DNA from: a candidate division WOR-3 bacterium
GTDB lineage: Bacteria; Hydrothermota; 32-111
Reading direction: 5' to 3'
Assembly (NCBI GenBank): GCA_039804105.1
Contig: JBDRZU010000001.1
Location: 608,001-672,000, forward strand
Length of the DNA: 64,000 nucleotides
Of this stretch, positions 48,953 through 58,655 are shown piece after piece. Positions within the stretch are counted from its first letter, which is position 1. Each line of letters begins with the position of its first letter. The notes below the pieces were generated by a model that did no database searches, had not been told where the DNA came from, and was given only the letters and a program-made list of their open reading frames with translations. Position numbers and translations under genes: made by a program.

Positions 48953-50312
48953 AAGAATCTCCTTTAAATGGGATTATAACATTTTCATATCCATATTCCT
49001 TCAAAGCATCTTTTAAAGAGTTGATCTGTTTTTCTTCTCCATGAACCAGATATATTTCTCTTTTTGGATTTAGACTTTTAACATAGTTTATAAGATCATT
49101 TCTATCAGCATGTGCAGAATATTCATTCATGATGACAACCTCCGCTTTTAATCTATACTCTTCACCGAAAATTTTTACTTTTTCTTCTTTTTCAACTATT
49201 TTCCTTCCAAGTGTATTTGATGCCATAAACCCTGTAATCAAAATTGTGTTTGAAGGATTTTCAATATTGTTTTTAAGATGATGTAAAATTCTGCCAGCTT
49301 CACACATACCACTTGCAGAAATTATTATCTTTGATTCTTTCATACTATTTAACTTTTTTGATTCCTCTGCATCCTGAATGTAATATAGTCCCTCAAAATT
49401 GAACGGATCCTTATTATAATTGAAGAGATTCATCATATCTCTATCATAACATTCGGGATGTTCCCTGAACACTTTTGTTATATTAACAGTCAGAGGAGAA
49501 TCAACAAAAATGTTCATACCTAAATCGTAACCTTCTTCCTTTAACATAAAAAGATCATACAAAAGTTCCTGGGTTCTTCCAACTGAAAATGCTGGGACGA
49601 TAAGATTTCCTTTTTTTCTTTTAACACCTTCAATAACTTTCTTCAGATTTTCTCTACTCTCTCTTATATCCGGATGAATTCTATCTCCATATGTTGATTC
49701 CATAATCAAAATATCTATATCTTTTATTATATCAGGATTTCTTATGATCGGAAGATGCTTTCTCCCAAGATCACCTGTAAAAAGCATTCTTTTTCCATTT
49801 CTTTCAAAGAGAATCTGAGATGAACCCAAAATGTGACCAGCATCTAAAAATGTAACTTTTAGATCTTTTTCGATTTCCAGTTCAGAGTAATAATTAATCC
49901 CCTTAAAATATTTAAAAGAAAGTTCGGCATCTCTGACTGTATAGATAGGTTGTTTATTTTCAGGATTTTTGTTTTTTTTGTTTAAAAATTCTATATCTTT
50001 TTCATGAATATGCGCACTATCAATAAGCATCGGTTTTAAAAGATCAACGGTTGCATAAGTTGATACGATTTCCGAATCAAATCCTTGTTTAACAAGATTT
50101 GGAATGTTACCGGAATGATCAATATGTGCATGGGACAATAAAACCATATTCAAAGATTTTGGATCAAAGGGAAAATTTAAATTTGCGATTTCACTTTCCT
50201 TTCTTTTACCCTGAAAGAGACCACACTCTACAAGTACTCGCTTTTGCCCGGTTTCAAGAAGAAACTTGGAACCTGTAACTTCTTTTGCTGCACCAAAAAA
50301 TGTAATCTTCAT
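48939..50312 (-). CDS. MBL-fold beta-CASP RNA-metabolising metallo-hydrolase
   Basis: GAAKEVTGS, SHAHIDHSG, AGHILGS, TGDLG, MESTYG, AFSVGRTQE, SASGMC..GR, SAHAD, VHGE. Confidence 0.92.
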   Translation of the reverse strand: MKITFFGAAKEVTGSKFLLETGQKRVLVECGLFQGKRKESEIANLNFPFDPKSLNMVLLSHAHIDHSGNIPNLVKQGFDSEIVSTYATVDLLKPMLIDSAHIHEKDIEFLNKKNKNPENKQPIYTVRDAELSFKYFKGINYYSELEIEKDLKVTFLDAGHILGSSQILFERNGKRMLFTGDLGRKHLPIIRNPDIIKDIDILIMESTYGDRIHPDIRESRENLKKVIEGVKRKKGNLIVPAFSVGRTQELLYDLFMLKEEGYDLGMNIFVDSPLTVNITKVFREHPECYDRDMMNLFNYNKDPFNFEGLYYIQDAEESKKLNSMKESKIIISASGMCEAGRILHHLKNNIENPSNTILITGFMASNTLGRKIVEKEEKVKIFGEEYRLKAEVVIMNEYSAHADRNDLINYVKSLNPKREIYLVHGEEKQINSLKDALKEYGYENVIIPFKGDSFDIF

Positions 50313-50313
50313 T

Positions 50314-50949
50314 TTAAATCCTGATATTAAATTCTTTCAATATTTCACTAAATTGTTCTGCTTCACCAAAAAAACCATGACCTGGGAAGATTTTTGTTTC
50401 ATAGTTTATATTTGAAAATATTTTTTTTATCGACTCGATTATACTTTTATAATCACCTCCAAAAAGATCAGTTCTTCCAACTCCTTCTTTAAAAATGAGA
50501 TCCCCTGAAATTATATTGTTTCCTATTTTTAAAGTTATTGACCCTGGGGTATGTCCTGGTGTCGAAAGTATCATTATTTTTTCTTCACCAAAATAAAGAA
50601 AGTAACCTTCATCTAAAAGCACTTCGGGTTGTGGTGAGATGTAGTTATCACCTATATAATAGGACATATTTAACTCAGGATCCATCAAGAAATCGTAATC
50701 TTTAACTCCAACACATATTGGAATGTCAAAATAGTTTTTTAAATAAAGATTGCCAGAAATATGATCATAATGACCATGAGTGTTAACTATTTTTTCAGGG
50801 ATCAAACCATTACCTTTTAGGTAATCAAGAACCATTTTTCCATCAGCAGGATCAACTATAATAGCCTTTTTATCTTTCGATATAAGAAAATAGGTGTTCG
50901 TTTCAAGTTCACCATTGATAAGACAATCTATTTTTAAATTTGATTCCAT
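50314..50949 (-). CDS. MBL-fold metallo-hydrolase (glyoxalase II / YcbL-like)
   Basis: TNTYF, THGHYDH, TPGHTPGS, SGDLIF..GVGRTD, PGHG. Confidence 0.9.
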   Translation of the reverse strand: MESNLKIDCLINGELETNTYFLISKDKKAIIVDPADGKMVLDYLKGNGLIPEKIVNTHGHYDHISGNLYLKNYFDIPICVGVKDYDFLMDPELNMSYYIGDNYISPQPEVLLDEGYFLYFGEEKIMILSTPGHTPGSITLKIGNNIISGDLIFKEGVGRTDLFGGDYKSIIESIKKIFSNINYETKIFPGHGFFGEAEQFSEILKEFNIRI

Positions 50950-50957
50950 AATTTATA

Positions 50958-50985
50958 AGTTTAGCAAAAATTCTCGATAAATCAA
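50958..50985 (-). promoter_or_regulatory. sigma70-type promoter for the 15-gene minus-strand unit (likely leaderless)
   Basis: TTGATT-N16-TAAACT with extended -10 TG; ATG 8 nt downstream. Confidence 0.62.
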
Positions 50986-50996
50986 TATAATATATA

Positions 50997-51024
50997 TTTA
51001 CTTTTCAAAATTTATTGATAATAT
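50997..51024 (+). promoter_or_regulatory. sigma70-type promoter for the MFS gene (likely leaderless)
   Basis: TTTACT-N16-TAATAT with extended -10 TG; ATG 6 nt downstream. Confidence 0.55.
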
Positions 51025-51030
51025 TACACT

Positions 51031-52266
51031 ATGCTTAACTTAAAGAAAAGTGTTGATTATTATAAATCTATAATAAAAAAATTAGAGAAAAATGCATATT
51101 TATATCTATTGGGAAATTTACTTTCAGGTTTTGGGTTTTCTGCTTTTTCACTTCTTTTTAACATCTATTTAAAAAGTTTAAATATAGGGGAATCGAGGAT
51201 CGGGAATCTTTTATCGATTGGAACATTCACAACAGCGATACTCATTTTACCAGCAGCGTATATCGTTAAAAGGACCGATATAAAGAAATTTTTAATTCTA
51301 TCACCACTTATAACTGCAATCGGTTATTTGATAGCTATTCAAAGTTCGACATTCACTGCCAGAATTCTGGGATTCATTCTTGCAGGTGTAGCAGGTGCTT
51401 TCACATCAGTTATCGGTGGTCCTTTTATTATGTCCGTTTCAGATGAACAAACGAGAACCTTTTTGTTTTCACTGAGTCAAGCAACAATGTTGACAGCAGG
51501 AATAAGTGGAAACCTGATATCAGGTTTTTTACCAAACATTATCAAAAGATTCAACTTTTCAGAAATTCAATCTTTAAAATATGCAATATTTTTCCATCTA
51601 TTCTTTGTTTTTTTATCATTATATTTTTTTTCAAAGATAAAAACAAAAAGGCTTTATACTTCAACTTTCAAAGATAAAGTCAAGTTTAACACAAATCTAA
51701 AAATTATCTTTTATTTAATTCTTCCACCTCTAATAATAGGTCTTGGTGCGGGAATGACTATCCCTTTTTTAAATATCTATTTTAAATCGATATTTCACCT
51801 TTCGTCATCTCAAATAGGAATAATCTTTTCGATAGCCCAGATGTTGACAATTTTAGGTTCTTTGATTTCACCTTTGATAGCCAAAAAATTGGGACTCATT
51901 AACACAATAATCATCACACAACTCGTTTCCATCCCCTTTCTTTTTTTCCTGGGATTCTCGTCTTACTTTCCGATTGTTCTATTATCATTCTTTTTAAGAA
52001 ACGCTTTAATGAATATGGCTTCACCACTTTCCTCAAATTTCTCTTTAGAAATAGTTGATAAAGAGGACAGGCCATTCATCAGTGGATTGCTTTCATTGGC
52101 ATGGCTTGCTTCGTGGGGACTCACGGCAAACTTTGGGGGTTATTTTATAGAAAAAAGTGGTTATAGAATTCCTTTTACTTTCACCATCTTATGTTACCTC
52201 ACATCTTCAATTCTTTACCTAATACTCTTAAAACCACTTGAAAAAAATTTTAAAATCTCAAAATAA
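51031..52266 (+). CDS. Major facilitator superfamily transporter
   Basis: About 12 hydrophobic segments in two halves; FNIYL, G.GAGMTIPFLNIYF, LRNALMNM. Confidence 0.88.
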   Translation: MLNLKKSVDYYKSIIKKLEKNAYLYLLGNLLSGFGFSAFSLLFNIYLKSLNIGESRIGNLLSIGTFTTAILILPAAYIVKRTDIKKFLILSPLITAIGYLIAIQSSTFTARILGFILAGVAGAFTSVIGGPFIMSVSDEQTRTFLFSLSQATMLTAGISGNLISGFLPNIIKRFNFSEIQSLKYAIFFHLFFVFLSLYFFSKIKTKRLYTSTFKDKVKFNTNLKIIFYLILPPLIIGLGAGMTIPFLNIYFKSIFHLSSSQIGIIFSIAQMLTILGSLISPLIAKKLGLINTIIITQLVSIPFLFFLGFSSYFPIVLLSFFLRNALMNMASPLSSNFSLEIVDKEDRPFISGLLSLAWLASWGLTANFGGYFIEKSGYRIPFTFTILCYLTSSILYLILLKPLEKNFKISK

Positions 52267-55200
52267 ATTTGATACCACTGTTGAAATTACCCTGTTCATC
52301 CCTTTCAGTAATAAAACTTGAATTTTTCCCAAATCTATATTCGATTTTGAACTGATCTTTAGAAAATGAAAATATATCATGTGTATATGAAAGGTATAAA
52401 TTCTTACCTATATATTTACCTACAGAAAGTTTTGCACTTTTTTCTTTTTCCAAAAGAGTTGTATTGAAATCAAGCTGATCAACACCTATTGATGATGATA
52501 TAAGATTCAAATATCTGTTTCTAAGATATATTTGTAGAGCTTTTTCTGGAAGAGTTCTTGTAAAATCACTAAAATTTGTAATATTGTTTAAGGTTGTGTT
52601 AAAACTCAAAACACTCAAAATATTTTCTATTGACATAGGTGGATCCGAACTCACTATTACTTGAGGATTTGAAGCGCTTCCTTTCACATTTATATTTATT
52701 TTAGCTTCTTTTCGTTCATCACCTTCACTGAACAACAAATCTGTACTCGCAAGAATATCCAAGAACGGATCAATGTCTTTTGAACTCTGTCTCAATGTAA
52801 AAATACCTCTTTCTATTAAAAACCTTTTTTCAAGATAAAAATATGTCCCTCTTATGACTTCAGCATTTCCTGTTATATTGTACTTTAAGTTTTCTTTTTT
52901 AAGATTAACTTCACCTTTCAGTTCAACATCAACAAAATTGTTCTTAAGCCATAAATTCCCTTCAGAAACGAATACAAGATCAAGGTTTGTTCTGTATTCT
53001 GATGGAGATGTTCCATTTCCCTGAGATCTTATAAAAAATGGGAAATTGGAAATACCTTCATTGATAAAAATTCTTCCTGTTGTGGTTACCTGTGTTTGAT
53101 CGCCAAATATTTTCAACGAACATTTGGCAAAAACATCAACATAATCTATACCATTTGAATGAACTCCATCAGCCAAAATATCAAAAGAGTAGCTATCCAG
53201 AGCCCAGTTTTTCTTTTTTACTTTTCCAGTAAGGTTTATCTTACCCTTTTCCGTGATTCCATTCAATTCTATGTCTTTTAGATAATTTCCATCACAAATA
53301 CCTTGTCCCGTAACATTTTTTACTTCTGTTCCAAGTTTTACTATATAGATATCTGAAGAGTCGACAAAGACCTTTCCATAGATCTGGGGATCAGATAAAG
53401 TCCCAGAAATTTTACCATCAAGTTGTAATCCTTTTTTTGTTTCAACTGTGAATATGTTTTTTAATGGAATAAAATATTTCCCATCAATATTATTCAATTT
53501 CACATTTAAATTCAATTCGGAATCAAAAATTTTTGAAAAATCTTTGATCAAAACTTCTCCAAACATATAGGAAACATTTTCATCGTTATACAAGTTGAAA
53601 TGGTTTAATCTTAAGAATTTGTTTTCAATTTCACAATTGAAATCAAGAGAATCAATTTTGAGTTCATAGTAATTAACATTTTTAATTTTTCCGTAAAAAT
53701 CAACACTTTTCTTGTTATCAGAAACAAGACCTTTTCCATATATTAAAGCGTCACCATATATTTCAAAACCAGTAAAATATTTTGTAAGTAAAAGATTTTT
53801 ATCCATAACTTCAAAGTTAAAAGTAACATTATTATTTGATTTCGTTAGATCAAGATGAACATATCCCTCTTTACCTTCAAGGGAAACACCTTTTATGATT
53901 AAATTATTTTTGGATATTTTTACATCAATCGGTTCCCTCAACTTTAAAAAATCAACATCAGTTTTGAGTTCAAGTTTATCGATATTACCAGAAAATTCAT
54001 CTTTGTTTTCTTTAAACTCACCGTTAAGTCCTAAACTAAGGGTTATTATCTCTGAAACAGCATCCAGGTCAAGGTAAACTTTCTCATTTTCCTTTTTTAC
54101 TTCAGCATATAGGATATCCAGATTTTTTTTAAAAATTTTTCCATTCAAAGCATAAAAACTACCAACAAGATTTTTCAAAGAATTATCGCCATAAACAAAT
54201 TTTGTATTTAAAGATAAAAAACTAATAAAATTATTATTAAAGTTAAAATCTTTTATCACAAATGAATTTTCACAAGAAAAATAATTCTTCTTACCTTCTA
54301 AATCTATATATCCATCTGCGAGTCCGCTTAGGGATATATCTTTATCAATCTCTGAAATAAAACTAACTGGGAATTTATCGAAGGTAACGGTTAACTTTTC
54401 TTTTTGTTTCCCCCATTTACCATCAACGGACATAACCCCTTCACTTAAATATAAATTAAGATTTTTTGCAATTATTTGATCTTTTTTTAAAGTTATAATT
54501 CCATTCAAAAGTAAACCATCAAACTCTCCATAAGAGCCTTTTATCGAATCGAAGTTTAAAGTCATATATGTTAAAAAATCTGTTTTCAAATTGATATTTC
54601 CATAAAATCTATTTTTTTTCAAATTCACATTACTTATAAAACTTTCAAGTGATAAAGAATCAAATTTTAATAAAAATTCCCCATTTAATTCTTCCTCAAA
54701 ATTAATGAAACCTTTTGCACTTAAACATAGATTTTTATCATTACATTCAAATTTTTTAAAGTTCAAAGTATCAAAACTGAAAAATACCTCACCCTTTAAA
54801 TCTTTAAATGAAAATTTATTGTAACCAATACGCTTTATATCAAAACTCATACTTGCATTATCAAGAGAAGGAGAGAAAAGACAACTTGCTAAAATTTCGC
54901 CATCAAAAGTGAATTTTTTTTTCTCAAATTCAAATTCCCCATTAAAAATTTTTGTTTCAAAATCTTTAACAAACAAAAAAGTGTCCTTTAGTATCAAACT
55001 GAATTTAGATTTGATGTTGTCTAAAATGACAGAATTATTGATAATTATAGAATCTTTTAAAAAATATGATATTTCTCCTTCAATTTCTTTAAGTTTAAAT
55101 GTATCAAAACTAAAATCAAAAAATTTATAATAAGCAAAAATCAGTTCCTTTTTCACACTTATTGAAGATAAAAGCTTTGAATTCGTAAAAGTGTTATCAT

Positions 55201-55675
55201 TATAAACAATTTTAAAATTCAAAATTTCAACATTGTTTATATCAATTGTTAAATTATTTTCAAAATGTGGTAACAAAAAGTTAAACTTAAAATTTTTAAT
55301 GTTCAATTTTTCTCTATTCTCAAACTTATAATTCTGTTGTCTATCATTTACTCTAACTGTAACATCTTCAACAAAAAATTTATTAACTATTAACCTTTTA
55401 AACAAAAAAGAGGATAAACTTAAAGATATGTTAATTTTTTTTATGGAAATTTTTACTTTTTCATTTTCGAATGTTAGATTTTTAAACTGAAATCTGTTGA
55501 GATTACCTCTTACATTAGAAATTTCACATTTTCCATTAAAAGATCTTGATACAAAACTTTCAATACCTGATTTTATCCAGCTGTTGAACACACCAAAATT
55601 TAAAAGAAGAATATATGTTATATAAAATAGGAGAAGAACAAAAAGCAAAACTAAAAGCCCTTTTCTTTTTTTCAT
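52250..55675 (-). CDS. tamB: Translocation/assembly module TamB (AsmA/DUF490) protein
   Basis: N-terminal TM anchor, long beta-rich body, ISGTLSDPQIYG, RG.Y....KRF.IERG, DPFLDI.A, S.PPMS...ILS.L, LSVGKYI. Confidence 0.85.
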   Translation of the reverse strand: MKKRKGLLVLLFVLLLFYITYILLLNFGVFNSWIKSGIESFVSRSFNGKCEISNVRGNLNRFQFKNLTFENEKVKISIKKINISLSLSSFLFKRLIVNKFFVEDVTVRVNDRQQNYKFENREKLNIKNFKFNFLLPHFENNLTIDINNVEILNFKIVYNDNTFTNSKLLSSISVKKELIFAYYKFFDFSFDTFKLKEIEGEISYFLKDSIIINNSVILDNIKSKFSLILKDTFLFVKDFETKIFNGEFEFEKKKFTFDGEILASCLFSPSLDNASMSFDIKRIGYNKFSFKDLKGEVFFSFDTLNFKKFECNDKNLCLSAKGFINFEEELNGEFLLKFDSLSLESFISNVNLKKNRFYGNINLKTDFLTYMTLNFDSIKGSYGEFDGLLLNGIITLKKDQIIAKNLNLYLSEGVMSVDGKWGKQKEKLTVTFDKFPVSFISEIDKDISLSGLADGYIDLEGKKNYFSCENSFVIKDFNFNNNFISFLSLNTKFVYGDNSLKNLVGSFYALNGKIFKKNLDILYAEVKKENEKVYLDLDAVSEIITLSLGLNGEFKENKDEFSGNIDKLELKTDVDFLKLREPIDVKISKNNLIIKGVSLEGKEGYVHLDLTKSNNNVTFNFEVMDKNLLLTKYFTGFEIYGDALIYGKGLVSDNKKSVDFYGKIKNVNYYELKIDSLDFNCEIENKFLRLNHFNLYNDENVSYMFGEVLIKDFSKIFDSELNLNVKLNNIDGKYFIPLKNIFTVETKKGLQLDGKISGTLSDPQIYGKVFVDSSDIYIVKLGTEVKNVTGQGICDGNYLKDIELNGITEKGKINLTGKVKKKNWALDSYSFDILADGVHSNGIDYVDVFAKCSLKIFGDQTQVTTTGRIFINEGISNFPFFIRSQGNGTSPSEYRTNLDLVFVSEGNLWLKNNFVDVELKGEVNLKKENLKYNITGNAEVIRGTYFYLEKRFLIERGIFTLRQSSKDIDPFLDILASTDLLFSEGDERKEAKININVKGSASNPQVIVSSDPPMSIENILSVLSFNTTLNNITNFSDFTRTLPEKALQIYLRNRYLNLISSSIGVDQLDFNTTLLEKEKSAKLSVGKYIGKNLYLSYTHDIFSFSKDQFKIEYRFGKNSSFITERDEQGNFNSGIKFILRF

Positions 55676-57441
55676 TAGAATGGATTCCCTAAACTGAAAT
55701 AATATTTCATATCTTCTGCTACATTGAAAGGTTTTGCAACATCGAACCTCAATGTACCAAATACTGTATTATAAAAAATTCCTATTCCACCCGATAATAC
55801 AAAATCTTTTATGTTAAAATTAAAGTCAAAATATTTTTTTAACACCCCTGTGTCAAAAAAATAAATTATACCAAAGGATTTGTATGCTTTAACTCTTAAC
55901 TCATAATTAAGATTTATCAAAAAATTACCTGATCTCGTGCCAAGATCATTTAAAGGTCCTATAGAGTCCTGCTGGACACCTCGAACACTTGTAAGCCCAC
56001 CAAGAGTGAATTGTTCGTTTATAGATATACCTCTGTCATACGAAATCCCATAAGGGAGAATTACTCCTGTTCTTATTCTAAACATATTTACAAATTGTTC
56101 TTTATAGCCATAATAATTTGAATTTTCGTAAACAAATCTATAAAAATTGTTGTAACCTTTTAATAAACCTCCTGCGAGCTCAAACTTAACCATAGAATAA
56201 ACACCTCTTGTTGGGAATATAAATTCATCTCTTGAATCAAAATAAAAAATTATGTTAGTTGAATTTGTAGTTACTTTTTCATATCTATAACTTCTATCTT
56301 CAGAAAATGTATCGATGGTGCTGATCCTGTAAGACCAGTTGTTAGAAAATGAATATTGACCAAAAATTCTGCTTATACCAGTGTTAAAGACAAAATCCTT
56401 TTTAAGATAGAATGGGTTACTTTCAATGTTGAAACCTATCTGAGAATTGAAAGAATAAAAAGTACTGAAAAGATATGGGACTTTGTATCTTAATATTGAA
56501 TAAAACCATTTATCATACATCATAAATGGATCATTAACAAAAGAGGATGCAGCTGAACTTTCAAGTGAGAGTTTTTCAGAGTTGTTGAAAAGGTTGTCAT
56601 TCCCTATGCCCGTCGAAATTTTAAACTTGTTTGGAAATTGATATAGCATAGCTGATGAAATCCAATTTTTCTTTTTTTCTTCACCATAAAAAAAAACTTT
56701 GAGCGATTCTTTTTTCTCCTCAATCCCTTCTATCTTAAAGTTTAATGAATTGAAGAGATTTGAAGAATAAATCTTTCTCTGGAGATAATACATCTCTTCA
56801 GGGATATACTCTTTCCTTTTATAATGTTGAGTTTCCATTTCAAAAATTTTTTTTGTTGTTCTAAAACTTGATGAATCAAAATAAATATCCTTTATATAAG
56901 TTTTTTCTCCCTCCTCTACATTAACATACAAAGCAACTCTGTATCTATTTTCCTGTGGAACGAGTTCGTAATCAACTGATGCATAGATAAACCCTAATGA
57001 AGCGTACCTATCTATTATGCTTATCTGTTTCTGATAAATCTTACCTATATCGAGTGGAGAATTTTTTTTCAAATCAAGGATCGAAAGTATTTCAGAACTT
57101 TCAAGAACTTTGTTACCATACACTTTTACATCGGTTATCAAAGTTAAAAAACCTTCATTGAGTTTTATATATATATCAGCTTTATCAGAAACAACAACCA
57201 TTTCATATTTCTCAATATCAACATCGAGAAATCCATTAGATCTATAGAATGATATCAAAAGATTTTTTCTTTCATTGAAGGTAATTTTATCTATATTCCC
57301 ACCAACTTTTAATTTCATGACCTTCTTAATTTTTTCTTCAGAAAAATACAGGTTCCCTTCTATTTTTATGTTCTTTATTTTTTCTGAGAATATACTGATA
57401 AAAAAAGTTGATAAAAAAATTATCAGTACAACTTTTTTAAT
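55675..57441 (-). CDS. Omp85 family outer-membrane protein (TamA/BamA-like, POTRA + barrel); start uncertain (ATT 57441 or GTG 57522)
   Basis: POTRA repeats (IKIEGN.YFSE, FYRSNGF, VKVYGN), FDSRD..IFPTRG, FTLGG..SVRG, FFDTG, GTLRFD, C-terminal F; directly upstream of tamB. Confidence 0.88.
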   Translation of the reverse strand: MKKVVLIIFLSTFFISIFSEKIKNIKIEGNLYFSEEKIKKVMKLKVGGNIDKITFNERKNLLISFYRSNGFLDVDIEKYEMVVVSDKADIYIKLNEGFLTLITDVKVYGNKVLESSEILSILDLKKNSPLDIGKIYQKQISIIDRYASLGFIYASVDYELVPQENRYRVALYVNVEEGEKTYIKDIYFDSSSFRTTKKIFEMETQHYKRKEYIPEEMYYLQRKIYSSNLFNSLNFKIEGIEEKKESLKVFFYGEEKKKNWISSAMLYQFPNKFKISTGIGNDNLFNNSEKLSLESSAASSFVNDPFMMYDKWFYSILRYKVPYLFSTFYSFNSQIGFNIESNPFYLKKDFVFNTGISRIFGQYSFSNNWSYRISTIDTFSEDRSYRYEKVTTNSTNIIFYFDSRDEFIFPTRGVYSMVKFELAGGLLKGYNNFYRFVYENSNYYGYKEQFVNMFRIRTGVILPYGISYDRGISINEQFTLGGLTSVRGVQQDSIGPLNDLGTRSGNFLINLNYELRVKAYKSFGIIYFFDTGVLKKYFDFNFNIKDFVLSGGIGIFYNTVFGTLRFDVAKPFNVAEDMKYYFSLGNPF

Positions 57442-58655
57442 TCTATCCCCCTGTAATAATGTTTTAAAATTTCCCTGTAATTCTTCCCCTGATTGGCCAT
57501 CTCCATAGCTCCATATTGACACATACCAACTCCATGGCCATAACCTTTTCCATAAATAAATATTTTATCATTCTTTTCTTCAAAATCAAACATTCTACTT
57601 TTTAAAAACCCACCTTGATATTCATCAAATGTAATGAGTTTTCTGATGCTCAAACCTTTTACAGCATATCTCTCTCCATAAATATCTAAAAGTTCAACTT
57701 CAACAACCCTTTTATGTTTATCATACTTTTTTATAGAAAATTTTGTAATCTGTAGATCCTTTTTAAAGATAGAAGAAGCATTTTTCGAAACCATTCTGTA
57801 AAAATAATCCTTTTCAAATTGATAACCCCAATTAGAATGCTTCGATTTATAACAATATGGTTTTCCATAACCGAATAAACAACTTTTTTGTGCATCTACA
57901 ACAGATCTTAAATAAGGAGAAGGTGTTCCCCCCCATTCGTCTTCATTGTTACTGGTAAAACCTCCGCATGTTGAATGATATTTTGCATCTATAGGAAAAC
58001 CTTTATACACAGCAACAATACCTCTTGTCATCTCAATTGCTAAATTCACCAAACTATCTTCAACAAGAACACCTCTATAAACCTGATCCTGAACACTTGA
58101 TTCAAGATCATAACCCATATCATAATTTTTATTCAACTTTCCAAAAGCATAAGTTCTTGCAGCAACCGCTTGTGCTTTCAATGCTTCAATCCTTTTTTTA
58201 TCAAGTTTTCCAATTTCTGCTGGCACAACACCCTTTAAATAATCTTCCATGTATAACCTATTGATCGGCAAAATAAAATTATCTACATCTTTGATCAAAA
58301 AAATTTCTCCTCTATATACCATTCCTTTATAAATAAGAAAACCATTTTTTTCGGTTGAAACAAATTTTAAAGGATAATATTTCAAAACGATTCTTTTTTT
58401 TCTGTTTATGTAAACCAGTGGATATTCATATCCAGAGTAAATAAAACATGTATCGTTTGGGTTAAGTTCTAAATCACCTTCCTGAGTGATCAGTTTGAAA
58501 TTTGATTTTGAAGTTATAAACGCTTCTTTAACTTTGTGTTCAAGAGCAATCCTTACAACTATCTCTTTATCATGGTCTATTAAAGCTTTTTTTGAACATC
58601 CAGTTAAAACAGTTAACAGGAAGAGAAAAAAAAATAGATTTCTTTTAAAACTCAT
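57423..58655 (-). CDS. SpoIID/LytB domain lipoprotein (lytic transglycosylase-like)
   Basis: Lipobox LTGC; YRGE, EDYLKGVVPAE, EALKAQAVAARTY, DQVY, YHSTCGG, GYGHGVGMCQYGA, ILKHYY. Confidence 0.92.
   Translation of the reverse strand: MSFKRNLFFFLFLLTVLTGCSKKALIDHDKEIVVRIALEHKVKEAFITSKSNFKLITQEGDLELNPNDTCFIYSGYEYPLVYINRKKRIVLKYYPLKFVSTEKNGFLIYKGMVYRGEIFLIKDVDNFILPINRLYMEDYLKGVVPAEIGKLDKKRIEALKAQAVAARTYAFGKLNKNYDMGYDLESSVQDQVYRGVLVEDSLVNLAIEMTRGIVAVYKGFPIDAKYHSTCGGFTSNNEDEWGGTPSPYLRSVVDAQKSCLFGYGKPYCYKSKHSNWGYQFEKDYFYRMVSKNASSIFKKDLQITKFSIKKYDKHKRVVEVELLDIYGERYAVKGLSIRKLITFDEYQGGFLKSRMFDFEEKNDKIFIYGKGYGHGVGMCQYGAMEMANQGKNYREILKHYYRGIELKKLY

Noticed and set aside
58626..58634. A/T homopolymer runs as phase-variation sites
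   Set aside because: Runs of 8-9 A/T are common in this AT-rich sequence and all frames are intact
57423..58655. Sporulation inferred from SpoIID
   Set aside because: Lipoprotein-type SpoIID/LytB homologues are widespread in non-sporulating diderms; no other spo genes here
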